A stretch of DNA of 32,000 nucleotides. Source: Nostoc sp. CHAB 5836. Its GTDB lineage: Bacteria; Cyanobacteriota; Cyanobacteriia; Cyanobacteriales; Nostocaceae. The stretch is from the NCBI RefSeq assembly GCF_020829445.1, contig NZ_JAIVFV010000060.1:1-32000 (forward strand). The letters run 5' to 3'. The position numbers were made by a program, and so were the translations under genes. Positions 1 to 8,258 of the stretch are shown piece after piece. Positions within the stretch are counted from its first letter, which is position 1. Each line of letters opens with the position of its first letter. The notes under the pieces are model-generated. The model ran no database searches. It saw nothing but the letters and a program-made list of their open reading frames with translations, and was not told the origin of the DNA.

Positions 1-396
1 TTTCAGTGCTTGGTCGTAGGATTCGATCGCTTCTTCAAAGCGTCATAAATTGTCTAGCGCAATGCCCCGATTGTACCAAGGTTCGTTTTTATCTGGTTTC
101 AATTTCAGCGCTTGGTCGTAGGATGTGATCGCTTCTTCATTGCGTTCTAATTTACGTAGCGCATTGCCCCGATTGTTCCAAGCTTGGTGGTAATCTGGTT
201 GAAATTTCAGTGCTTGGTCGTAGGATGCGATCGCTTCTTCATCGCGTCCTAAATTAACTAGCGCAATGCCCCGATTGTTCCAAGCTTTGTCTTTATCTGG
301 TTTGAATTTCAGTGCTTGGTCGTAGGATGCGATCGCTTCTTTGTAGTCTTGACTTGCAAGATGTAAACTTCCCAATTCAAGTAATAATTCTGCTTG
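1..396 (-). repeat. Tandem 102-bp coding repeats (34-aa TPR units), at least 4 units; array runs off the window start
   Basis: Near-identical blocks (a)tttcagYgcttggtcgtaggatNNgatcgcttcttc recur at about 1, 103, 205 and 307 (period 102 nt = 34 codons). On the minus strand they translate to AWNNRG-AL-LGR-EEAI-SYDQALKF units. Confidence 0.9.
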
Positions 397-1071
397 GCTA
401 CTTGTTACTTGATGGCTTTCTGTAATTAATTCTTGAATTTTTATTATTTTTTGAGTTCTTTCTTCCGGCGTGAGAGTGAGATATTTTTGATAGTCTCCAT
501 CCTGGAGTATACGTAATGATTCTTGCTCCACGATTTTGGAATCTATAGGAAATTCAAACAACCCCGAACGCCAGTCAAAGAAATCGGGAGCGCGTTGGAT
601 AAAATATTTGATAGCAAATATAGGTAACAAGAACACAAAACAAATATTAAAGTTATCTCTAAAACGTTCTCGTTGCTGATTGAGATTAATTAAAATAGGT
701 GGTACATCCTTCCAACTATAAGAATAAATCTCCTTACTATTCCAGCCTGAAAATTTTTTAGATTCTTCATATTCATATAAGGAATATTCTAAACCTGTAA
801 TAAACAAAATATTTATTTTATTGCAATTATCTAATTTTTCAATTATTTGGTATAAATTAGTAACAGCTTTGCTTAATTGTAAAACTTCAATATTTTTATC
901 CTTAATATCTTCTTTAACTTTGGCAATCAGTTGCTCACCTCCAGCCGGAGAACAACGGACAAATAACAAGCCAAAGCCTTCTGTGAAATTAAGAGTGCGA
1001 ACTAAAGCTTGATATTCTTCATCTGCTGCTACTGGTAAATCCTCATCCCAATTAGTTAGTTGTAATGTCAT
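43..1071 (-). CDS. TPR-repeat protein with a ~225-aa non-TPR N-terminal domain; ORF ended by an in-frame TGA inside a TPR unit
   Basis: ATG at 1069-1071, 342-aa ORF. Residues ~226-342 are 34-aa TPR units. The N-terminal part (EGFGLLFVRCSP...ILFITGLE...APDFFDWRSGLFEF) has no Walker A; from memory it resembles N-termini of large cyanobacterial TPR/STAND-type proteins (unverified). The TGA at 43-45 is followed in frame by more TPR sequence. Confidence 0.7.
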   Translation of the reverse strand: MTLQLTNWDEDLPVAADEEYQALVRTLNFTEGFGLLFVRCSPAGGEQLIAKVKEDIKDKNIEVLQLSKAVTNLYQIIEKLDNCNKINILFITGLEYSLYEYEESKKFSGWNSKEIYSYSWKDVPPILINLNQQRERFRDNFNICFVFLLPIFAIKYFIQRAPDFFDWRSGLFEFPIDSKIVEQESLRILQDGDYQKYLTLTPEERTQKIIKIQELITESHQVTSSQAELLLELGSLHLASQDYKEAIASYDQALKFKPDKDKAWNNRGIALVNLGRDEEAIASYDQALKFQPDYHQAWNNRGNALRKLERNEEAITSYDQALKLKPDKNEPWYNRGIALDNL

Positions 1072-1125
1072 AATCTGAGCCAGATAATACTAAATATTAG
1101 GTCTTACATCTTGCACCAGAGTTTG

Positions 1126-1264
1126 CCTTGGCGAATGGAATTCGCAGCTATACAGACTTGTGTTGAGCGGAGTCGAAATACAAAACCCACCGACCTGGGT
1201 TTCAAATTCTTTGAGTCCGCGTAGGCGGACTTGGTTTGTGTAGCCGCGATTTCTAATCGCCAGG
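1126..1264. mobile_element. MITE-like element, family B (terminal inverted repeats cctggcgaat..attcgcRgctataca / tgtgtagccgcgat..atcgccagg)
   Basis: Imperfect terminal inverted repeats. A second copy at 4098-4429 shares both ends and the core caaaacccac..gggtttcaaattctttgagtccgcg.aggcggacttggtttgtgtagccgcgatttctaatcgccagg. Confidence 0.65.
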
Positions 1265-1327
1265 TATATTTGCACTCATTGAGATGCTCCCCAAACGACT
1301 GGAATTCGTTAAGAGTTTTTTCATTTT

Positions 1328-1450
1328 AGGACTTACGCAACTGGCATATTGTTTGGAGTTTGTAGTGAGGACTTTAGTCCTCAAAATCAGGGCCGAAGCC
1401 CTTACTACAAACTAAAAGCTTTTATTTTTTGTCACACTTGCGTAAGTCCT
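1328..1450. mobile_element. MITE-like element, family A (perfect 13-bp TIR aggacttacgcaa ... ttgcgtaagtcct)
   Basis: Perfect terminal inverted repeats. An inverted copy with a central insertion lies at 29749-29894. The same TIRs with a different core occur at 7074-7194, and a lone TIR at 8163-8175. Confidence 0.75.
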
Positions 1451-1478
1451 ACATTTATGATATAGCCTTTCCTAACAT

Positions 1479-2816
1479 CTATGACGGGTACAATTTATCA
1501 TAACCATCCTGGAATTCTTTAATACCTTTGATCAGGGGATGGATATCATACCACACTTGACTTTCTCCCAGCTTATTCAAAAAACGATATTCCAAAATAC
1601 AGCGATTAAATAGTAAACCTCGATACAGTTGGTCATTTTCTATCTGTTTAGAAAAATGCACTTTTGCCAATGCTTCCCATTCATTGGCAAAAACAGTATT
1701 TCGATAAGTATTTCGCAACTCACTAAGCGCTTTTTGTAAAGCTCTGTTACTAATAGGTAAACTGTCACTGTATTTAATAGCTTCCTTCATTAATAATAAT
1801 AAATTTCGCACATGACCCCCACTCATCAGGCAGAGATTATCTAATGCCTCCCTGTTCTCAAACATATCGACAATAGATAAACTAGAGTCTATTAAACTCA
1901 GACGTTTTTGCAGCAGTTCAGTAACTTTATTAATACCGCGTTGGTAGTTTTGATTTTCAGGAGTTTGCACCATAATCATCGGCAATACTTGAGCATTCCC
2001 ATAGATATTTGCTACATTTGCTGCTTGGTTAGAATAGAGCAAAGAAATTGGTACTGTGTAAATCAAATGGCAATCTAAGGCTTTGAGTTGTTCATTGCGG
2101 TCTAGAAAAATTTGGTCGTGATTGGTGCGTCCATCTTCTTGAGGTATAGGCACAATGCGATCCAGATTGTCAGCAATTAATACTAGTTGAGAATATCCTG
2201 AAGGTAAATGCTGTTTTGCATCTTTAATAAACTGATTCAACGCCTCAATCAATTTGATTGTGTGCGGATTAACTTTCTCACGAATTTTCTGGCGTTGGCT
2301 GGGTTCGGCTCTCAAATTTGCTGTGATTTTAGCAAACTGAGAAATTTTTGCTTCTACACTTAATTTTTCTAAAGACACCTCAGTCAGCGCCAAATCCTTT
2401 AAATCTTGCCAACGCTCTTCTAACCAGTTCAACAAAGCGTTAGGAGAGGCGCTATCTTTTAATGCTTCTAATAAGTGGCGTGTACAAGCTAAGAGAATAT
2501 CTGTATATTGAGCATCTTCTGCATCAATATCTTCTTCATCGGTGGCAAAATACACAACAAAGCAACCTTGCTCATTTAAGTGTTTCTGAAGACGCAGCAG
2601 TTCTGTTGATTTACCTGCACCGCGATGACCTGCATAAAGTTGACAAGTCATTCTGTTAGAGTACAAAATCTCTCTTCCCACTTCTACCAAGATATCTCCA
2701 TCTCCGCGCACTTCTTTGCAATCGACATAAGCGGGATCTCCTGCCGGTAAGGGTCGAAATGGGTCAAAAGAATTGTATAGCCGCTTTAAAAAGGCAAAAT
2801 CCGGCTGCATAATCAT
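1479..2816 (-). CDS. P-loop AAA+/STAND-like ATPase (ORC/Cdc6-like architecture), function unknown
   Basis: ATG 2814-2816 (alternative ATG 2808-2810), 445 aa. Walker A GHRGAGKST (2604-2630), Walker B-like LVLIADNLD (~2160-2186), sensor-2-like SGGHVRNLLLL (~1791-1823), then a helical C-terminal region. No TM segment or effector domain recognised. Confidence 0.75.
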   Translation of the reverse strand: MIMQPDFAFLKRLYNSFDPFRPLPAGDPAYVDCKEVRGDGDILVEVGREILYSNRMTCQLYAGHRGAGKSTELLRLQKHLNEQGCFVVYFATDEEDIDAEDAQYTDILLACTRHLLEALKDSASPNALLNWLEERWQDLKDLALTEVSLEKLSVEAKISQFAKITANLRAEPSQRQKIREKVNPHTIKLIEALNQFIKDAKQHLPSGYSQLVLIADNLDRIVPIPQEDGRTNHDQIFLDRNEQLKALDCHLIYTVPISLLYSNQAANVANIYGNAQVLPMIMVQTPENQNYQRGINKVTELLQKRLSLIDSSLSIVDMFENREALDNLCLMSGGHVRNLLLLMKEAIKYSDSLPISNRALQKALSELRNTYRNTVFANEWEALAKVHFSKQIENDQLYRGLLFNRCILEYRFLNKLGESQVWYDIHPLIKGIKEFQDGYDKLYPS

Positions 2817-2904
2817 AATTTATAATTTCCCTCTGTTGCATCATATTAACCCAAACTCACGTAGGTATTTGCGCTGAAAGTGAAGTCTAGGGTTAAGAAT
2901 ATTT

Positions 2905-2979
2905 GTAGGTTGGGTTGAACGAAGTGAAACCCAACAAAGTCTCGATAATGTTGGGTTTCGTTCCTCAACCCAACCTACA
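2905..2979. repeat. Small dispersed repeat, family D (gtaggttgggtt ... aacccaacctac)
   Basis: Terminal inverted repeat gtaggttgggtt/aacccaacctac with internal ttgggtttcgttcctcaaccc. A related copy lies at 7236-7311. Confidence 0.7.
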
Positions 2980-3082
2980 CCTACTTCTTCTTCGCGTCCT
3001 TTGCGGTTCGTTAAAAAGGGTATTTTTTCACAAATCAGATAGGATTGCTATACCAGATGAGAAAATCTCTACCTCCCTGTTC

Positions 3083-4063
3083 TTAGAAAAGAGAAACTGG
3101 GGTTAGAGTTTTTCGCCAACGCTTCACCGCTTTTTGTAATTCCCCTGACAACCAGGTATCAAACTGGGGATAAACTGGTAAACGGGCTACCAATTCCCAC
3201 CCCGCAGGTTGTAAAATTTCTCTTAATGCCTGTTCCTGAACATGAGGATAATCGGGATTTACTTCATCTTTTGGCCCAATTCCGCCCAAATCTCTAGCAC
3301 CAGCTTCAATACAAGCGAGTAACCATCCCTCATTCTTAACTAAATTCGGCGGAATTTGAATAGTAATATCTGGCGGTAAAATCTGACGCGCCCTAAAAAT
3401 TACTTCTGGTAATTGATGAGGGTCAAAAGGTGGTGCATCAAAGGTTTGCTGATATCCTGGACTATGAGGTTGTAGGATAACTTCTTGAATATGATGGTAA
3501 CGTTGATGGAAGTCAGATATAGCTTCTAAAGTTTGCCACCAATCATTAACGGTTTCTCCAATTCCCAAAAGTAACCCAGTTGTAAAGGGAATTTGTAACT
3601 CTCCCGCCCATTGCAATTGTTGTAAACGAACTTCTGGTAATTTACTCGGTGCGTGGCGATGTACACCACTTAACAATGTTGGCGTTAACTGTTCTAACAT
3701 CAGCCCCATTGAAACATTTACACGTTTCAACTTTTGCATTTCTTCAAAACTCAATGGCCCCGCATTTGTGTGTGGTAAAAACCCCATTGAAAGCGCTAAT
3801 TCACACAAATCATAAATCCGCTCAAACCACGCCTGACGCTTTGGCGAATGGGGATGTACTTCACCACTGAGTATGAGAATTTCACAGACTTTTTGGCTTT
3901 GAAGTCCTTTTAAAATACTGTCTGCATCTGAAAGACTCATCCAGGGACTTTTACCCGGTTCACTGCGAAAGTTGCAGTAACTACACCGATTAAAGCATTC
4001 GTAAGTGGGAACGATTGTATAAGCAGGACTATAGGTGACAATACGAGAATTATTAATTGGCAT
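3083..4063 (-). CDS. cofG: 7,8-didemethyl-8-hydroxy-5-deazariboflavin (FO) synthase subunit CofG, radical SAM
   Basis: ATG 4061-4063, 326 aa. N-terminal radical-SAM cluster motif YECFNRCSYCNF (CxxxCxxC). Length and the N-terminal VTYSP..IVPT pattern are typical of CofG. Confidence 0.8.
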   Translation of the reverse strand: MPINNSRIVTYSPAYTIVPTYECFNRCSYCNFRSEPGKSPWMSLSDADSILKGLQSQKVCEILILSGEVHPHSPKRQAWFERIYDLCELALSMGFLPHTNAGPLSFEEMQKLKRVNVSMGLMLEQLTPTLLSGVHRHAPSKLPEVRLQQLQWAGELQIPFTTGLLLGIGETVNDWWQTLEAISDFHQRYHHIQEVILQPHSPGYQQTFDAPPFDPHQLPEVIFRARQILPPDITIQIPPNLVKNEGWLLACIEAGARDLGGIGPKDEVNPDYPHVQEQALREILQPAGWELVARLPVYPQFDTWLSGELQKAVKRWRKTLTPVSLF

Positions 4064-4097
4064 AAGCAGAATAATCTATTAGTAAAAACACGCTTAC

Positions 4098-4429
4098 CCT
4101 GGCGAATGTAATTCGCGGCTATACAACAATACGCTTGGGTTAAGGCTAAAACTCTCAGTAAAAGTCAGTTTTTTTGAACGTAGACGCTTCTCTACGAGAC
4201 GCTACGCGAACGGCTTGCCGCAGGCTACCGCAAACGCGAGTGCGTCTCCCCCTGGGAGAAGGACGCCAACGCGAGTGCGTCTCGTAAGAGTTGGACGCAA
4301 AGAGAAGAAAGAAATGCTTAACTGAACTGTATTGGGCTATACAAACAAAACCCACGGAGGTGGGTTTCAAATTCTTTGAGTCCGCGAAGGCGGACTTGGT
4401 TTGTGTAGCCGCGATTTCTAATCGCCAGG
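4098..4429. mobile_element. MITE family B copy carrying a nested family C element
   Basis: Same ends as 1126-1264. The interior is interrupted at 4127-4334 by a family C element flanked by a direct duplication of ggctatacaa (4117-4126 and 4335-4344). Confidence 0.7.
4127..4334. mobile_element. MITE family C (TIR caatacgcttgggttaag ... cttaac..tgtattg), nested inside family B
   Basis: Imperfect TIRs and a 10-bp flanking direct repeat ggctatacaa. Related copies at 7200-7337, 8006-8120, 13411-13587, 13598-13717 and 18871-18974. Confidence 0.75.
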
Positions 4430-4430
4430 T

Positions 4431-4560
4431 AAGTAGGTCGGCGTAATTAAAGCTAACTGGCTAAGGCTGTCATTTGTCCTTTGTCATTGGTCACTAGTAA
4501 AGATTTTAAGCTTATTTACGTTTCGTAACATACTTTGATTTTTTCGCGCCAACTTACTTA
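4431..4560. mobile_element. MITE family E (TIR aagtaggtcggcg ... cgcgccaacttactt) with an STRR2-like heptamer core
   Basis: Almost identical to 27519-27648, similar to 27281-27426, and to an inverted, interrupted copy at 23913-24135. The core contains tgtcatt/ggtcact heptamers. Confidence 0.75.
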
Positions 4561-4566
4561 TATTTG

Positions 4567-5328
4567 CTATTTTGCTTTGTAAATTTCTGGTAACTGCCAC
4601 CAAGAAATATGGGGATACTGGTGATGTTCTTCGTGGTAGCCAAAATGATAGCACGTGATAAATGACCACCAAATTGGACGGCTAATGGTTTGGGCACAAT
4701 GAGGTTGAATATAGCCTCCCATTGGTTCGCTATGTGGGAGGAAAGTACCAAAGTAAAATAATTGCAATGAACTTAAAAGCGAGGGAATTACCCAAAATGT
4801 TATTAGATTAGTATGAGGTATATTCAGGATGTGATTAGCAAATTGATAAATAAGAGTCAGAGCGATAATTTGTCCCCAACTCCAATAACCCTTCATAAAA
4901 TGGAAATACCAAGCGAAGAAGTTTTTGTGTCTACCATTATGAAAATCTGGGTCTATTGGAGTTGCTGGATTTTGGTGGTGTAACCAATGCTTTTTTAATA
5001 ATTTTTTATATGGTAAAAGACCATAAAGAGATAGGGTTAATCTCCCAATAATATGATTAATCTTAGTGTTCTGAGGAAACACGACCCCATGCATGGCATC
5101 ATGAGATGTAATAAATAATCCTGTATATAAAAATGTTTGCCATAGTATAACAGGCCATAGCATCCAAAATTTTAACTTGGAAATGTCAAGAGCAAGTAAT
5201 AAACTCAAGCTAATGACCCATGTGCTAACAATGACAATAGCAATGAAAAGTCCCTTAAACTGAGATTTCCTTTTCACTACTGGGGTCAGTTTTGTTTCAT
5301 GACTGGGTGGTTGTTCTAACTGAATCAC
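4567..5328 (-). CDS. crtW: Beta-carotene ketolase CrtW (membrane di-iron fatty-acid-desaturase superfamily)
   Basis: 253 aa. His boxes HDAMHG, HWLHH and HHEEHHQYP, hydrophobic N-terminal segments, and overall pattern as remembered for Nostoc CrtW. The ORF start at 5326-5328 is GTG and there is no upstream in-frame ATG, so the start is uncertain. Confidence 0.82.
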   Translation of the reverse strand: MIQLEQPPSHETKLTPVVKRKSQFKGLFIAIVIVSTWVISLSLLLALDISKLKFWMLWPVILWQTFLYTGLFITSHDAMHGVVFPQNTKINHIIGRLTLSLYGLLPYKKLLKKHWLHHQNPATPIDPDFHNGRHKNFFAWYFHFMKGYWSWGQIIALTLIYQFANHILNIPHTNLITFWVIPSLLSSLQLFYFGTFLPHSEPMGGYIQPHCAQTISRPIWWSFITCYHFGYHEEHHQYPHISWWQLPEIYKAK

Positions 5329-5788
5329 GCTTTTACTCCGCCTAGTATTCAGGTGAAAATTCCTAAAATATACTCAACAGAAAAAATACTAACCACCAGC
5401 CAGAAAACTTTTTTAGTGGTCAGTATTTCACATTGGATAGTGCCAATACTTGAAAGTGTTTAGAAATATTAAGATACTTTAACTATTATTACACATACCA
5501 GCCGATAGCAACAAATTTTTTCGGTTGAGAGGTGGGATAAGTTACGTTATAACACGGATTATTATAGTAATTATAGTAACTGGTGTATTCCCAACATGGC
5601 GCTTCTCAAATGCACATACAGCAACTACCATCAAAAGAGTCAAAGAACATGACATAATCTTGACAATTCAGGTCATCTGGAAAACCTCACTTCTATTTCT
5701 CTCTTCCTTTAAGGAGAGAGACTTTGAATTTCCCCCTTAGAGCATTGGGAAGGGTGTTAGTATATCTTTCACCAGCTGAATCTCACTT

Positions 5789-6952
5789 ATGAAATTAGTT
5801 TGCTCCCAAAGCGATCTCAGTACAAACCTCTCACTCGTGAGTCGTGCTGTACCTTCACGACCAACTCATCCGGTACTTGCCAATGTGCTTCTACAAGCGG
5901 ATGCTGAAACTAACCAAGTAAGCTTAACAGCCTTTGATCTCAGCTTGGGAATCCGCACCAGCTTTAATGCTGAGGTATGGCAAGGAGGTGCGATCGCACT
6001 TCCTGCTAAGTTACTTGTAGATATTACCTCTCGTCTTCCAGAAGGCGAAATCACTCTAGATGATGAATCAGCCCTCACAGGTGCAACATCTAGTGGAGAA
6101 GGTTTAATTGCTACACTCACACCCAAGAGTGGACATTACCAAGTACGAGCAATGGGGCCTGAAGAATTTCCCGAACTACCTGTAATTGAAAATACAGAAG
6201 TAATCAATCTCACCACCACGGCATTAATTGAGGGCTTACGCGGTTCATTATTTGCTACCAGTGCTGATGAAACCAAGCAAGTACTCACTGGAGTCCATTT
6301 AACAGTAAAACAAGATACCCTAGAGTTTGCAGCTACTGACGGACATCGCCTAGCAGTAGTAGAAACTAGCAACGAGCGTCCTTTAGGTGGAACTACTCAA
6401 CTAGAAGTGACAGTACCAGCGAGAGCATTACGCGAACTCCAACGAATGCTAGCTCATAGCGCCTCATCAGATGAACCTGTAGCTTTATATTTTGATCAAG
6501 GTCAAGTTGTATTTGCATGGCAAAATCAACGCTTGACTAGTCGCACTTTAGAAGGGCAATATCCAGCTTATCGACAATTAATCCCGCGTCAATTTGAGCG
6601 ACAAGTAACGATCGAACGGCGACAATTTGTCAGCACTTTGGAGCGGATTGCTGTGCTGGCCGATCAGAAAAATAATATTGTCAAGCTCAGTATTGACAGT
6701 GATACTCAAGAAATAACTTTATCTTGTGAAGCTCAAGATGTGGGCAGTGGTAGAGAGTCAATGCCAGCACAGATTTCTGGGGATAATATAGAAATTGCCT
6801 TTAACATTAAATATTTAATGGAAGGCTTGAAAGAGTTACCATCTTCCGAAATTCAAATGCATTTGAATCAAAGCCTAACTCCAGTGATTTTTACACCATT
6901 GGGTGGTTTGAAAATGACCTATTTAGCTATGCCTGTGCAACTTAGAAGTTAA
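5789..6952 (+). CDS. dnaN: DNA polymerase III beta sliding clamp
   Basis: ATG at 5789, 387 aa. N-terminus MKLVCSQSDLSTNLSLVSRAVPSRPTHPVLANVLL and a three-domain length typical of DnaN. Confidence 0.95.
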   Translation: MKLVCSQSDLSTNLSLVSRAVPSRPTHPVLANVLLQADAETNQVSLTAFDLSLGIRTSFNAEVWQGGAIALPAKLLVDITSRLPEGEITLDDESALTGATSSGEGLIATLTPKSGHYQVRAMGPEEFPELPVIENTEVINLTTTALIEGLRGSLFATSADETKQVLTGVHLTVKQDTLEFAATDGHRLAVVETSNERPLGGTTQLEVTVPARALRELQRMLAHSASSDEPVALYFDQGQVVFAWQNQRLTSRTLEGQYPAYRQLIPRQFERQVTIERRQFVSTLERIAVLADQKNNIVKLSIDSDTQEITLSCEAQDVGSGRESMPAQISGDNIEIAFNIKYLMEGLKELPSSEIQMHLNQSLTPVIFTPLGGLKMTYLAMPVQLRS

Positions 6953-7073
6953 AATAATTCGTAATTCGTAATCTGTCATAGGGGTTTAGCAGAGAGCATC
7001 CTAATGCAAGCTTAAATCTTTTCCCTCACCCCCAGCCCCTCTCCCAAAGATGGGAGAGGGGAGATATAATTCC

Positions 7074-7194
7074 AGGACTTACGCAAAATAATGAACAAAC
7101 GAACCAACCGCAATCGCGTTAGCGTCTCCCCTTGGGAGAAGGACGCAAAGGACACAAAGGAATAAGAGTTTCAGAGAGTTATTGCGTAAGTCCT
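7074..7194. mobile_element. MITE with family A TIRs and a different core
   Basis: aggacttacgcaa at 7074 and ttgcgtaagtcct ending at 7194. The core gcgtctccccttgggagaaggacgcaaagg recurs inverted at ~7975-8005. Confidence 0.65.
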
Positions 7195-7199
7195 AAATT

Positions 7200-7337
7200 C
7201 AATACGCTTGGGTTAAGCCGTAAAAATAAATTTGCGTAGGTTGGGTTTCGTTCCTCAACCCAACCTACAACGAGCATTTGTTGGGTAACACTAAAGTTCA
7301 ACCCAACCTACAATTATCCACAAAGCCAAGCGTATTG
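7200..7337. mobile_element. MITE family C copy with a nested family D repeat (7236-7311)
   Basis: caatacgcttgggttaag at 7200 and ccaagcgtattg ending at 7337. The interior is occupied by gtaggttgggtt...acccaacctac. Confidence 0.6.
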
Positions 7338-7605
7338 TATCTAGAAGAACATTGTGTTGTTGCCTGTTTTGTCCCTTATACAACTGCTAATGCGCGAAAG
7401 TTGGGTGTGAATGTTTCTATCGTGCCTAGGGATTATACTTCATTTGAGGGATTTGCTGAAGCGATCGCAGAATTCTTTACTCTTACTTCCACTTCAGACT
7501 AAGCGCTTCAGGATGTAGAGTAGTCAACGACATTTAACTCTAGACTAGTAGCACATAAACCCGTAGTATCGAAAATGGACTTAATATTGAGTTAGGAATT
7601 TTTAC

Positions 7606-7905
7606 ATGGCAACTTACAAAGTTACATTACGTACCCCAGATGGAGAAAAAGTAATTGAAGTTCCTGATGATGAGTACATCCTAGAGATTGCTAACGAGGA
7701 ATATGATCTGGACTTGCCCTATTCGTGTAACGCTGGTTCTTGCTCTAGCTGCACCGGTAAGCTGATTTCAGGTGAAATCGACCAAGATGATCAGAACTTC
7801 TTAGACAACGATCAAATTGACGCAGGATGGGTTCTCACCTGTGTGGCCAAACCCCTTTCGGATTGCGTTATCGAAACCCATCAAGAGGAAGCGCTTAACG
7901 GTTAA
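7606..7905 (+). CDS. Plant-type [2Fe-2S] ferredoxin (divergent paralog)
   Basis: ATG 7606, 99 aa. Cluster ligand pattern C-NAGS-C-SS-C ... LTC, and ATYKVTL ... VPDDEYIL typical of PetF/FdxH-type ferredoxins. Confidence 0.9.
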   Translation: MATYKVTLRTPDGEKVIEVPDDEYILEIANEEYDLDLPYSCNAGSCSSCTGKLISGEIDQDDQNFLDNDQIDAGWVLTCVAKPLSDCVIETHQEEALNG

Positions 7906-7912
7906 TCATCCA

Positions 7913-7945
7913 GGATTGATTTTTTGCACAGCAAAAAATCAATCC
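7913..7945 (+). terminator. Stem-loop terminator candidate after the ferredoxin gene
   Basis: Perfect 15-bp stem ggattgattttttgc / gcaaaaaatcaatcc with a 3-nt loop, starting 8 nt after the stop and followed by gttt (weak U-tract). Confidence 0.55.
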
Positions 7946-8005
7946 GTTTATCAGAAATTTGGGTTTAAAACCCCGTCCTTTGCGTCCTTCTCCCAGGGGG
8001 AGACG

Positions 8006-8120
8006 CAATACGCTTGGGTTAAGGATTTTCTGGAGAACCATAGGTCTCTAGAGACGTTGCATTGCAACGTCTCTACACTGTCCACTGGACAATGGTTTTA
8101 GTCTTATCCCAAGCGTATTG
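8006..8120. mobile_element. MITE family C copy containing the palindrome tagagacgttgca/tgcaacgtctcta
   Basis: TIR caatacgcttgggttaagg ... cttatcccaagcgtattg. It is inserted into an inverted family A-type core. Confidence 0.65.
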
Positions 8121-8258
8121 GGGGGAGGGGCACTCGCGTTTGCGGTTCGTTTTTTGATGATTTTGCGTAAGTCCTGAGTCCGTTAAAACGTACTTTAGCT
8201 ACAACAGAGGAACTTCAGTTCCGGGTGGTTTATGTCTAGAATGAAATAGCCCTGGGAG

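Noticed and set aside
43-45. The in-frame TGA as a selenocysteine or programmed recoding site
   Set aside because: No SECIS-like stem-loop is evident just downstream on the minus strand. The paralogous repeat units have Gly (GGA) at this position, so a simple nonsense substitution is the more economical explanation.
1090-1275. 61-aa ORF; likewise the ORFs at 4155-4370, 4484-4751, 2915-3106 and 7278-7502
   Set aside because: All lie inside or start within MITE-like repeats, have no RBS or conserved motif, and their sequences recur as non-coding repeat copies elsewhere in the window.
5329-5788. Possible oriC upstream of dnaN, as in some cyanobacteria
   Set aside because: I found no cluster of DnaA boxes. 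There are only one or two degenerate matches (for example tctggaaaa and gtgggataa), and no dnaA gene is adjacent. This is not enough to call an origin.
7314-7322. Perfect consensus DnaA box TTATCCACA about 360 bp downstream of dnaN
   Set aside because: It is a single occurrence and lies inside a family C MITE, between the nested family D repeat and the MITE terminus. One chance match in 32 kb is not surprising.
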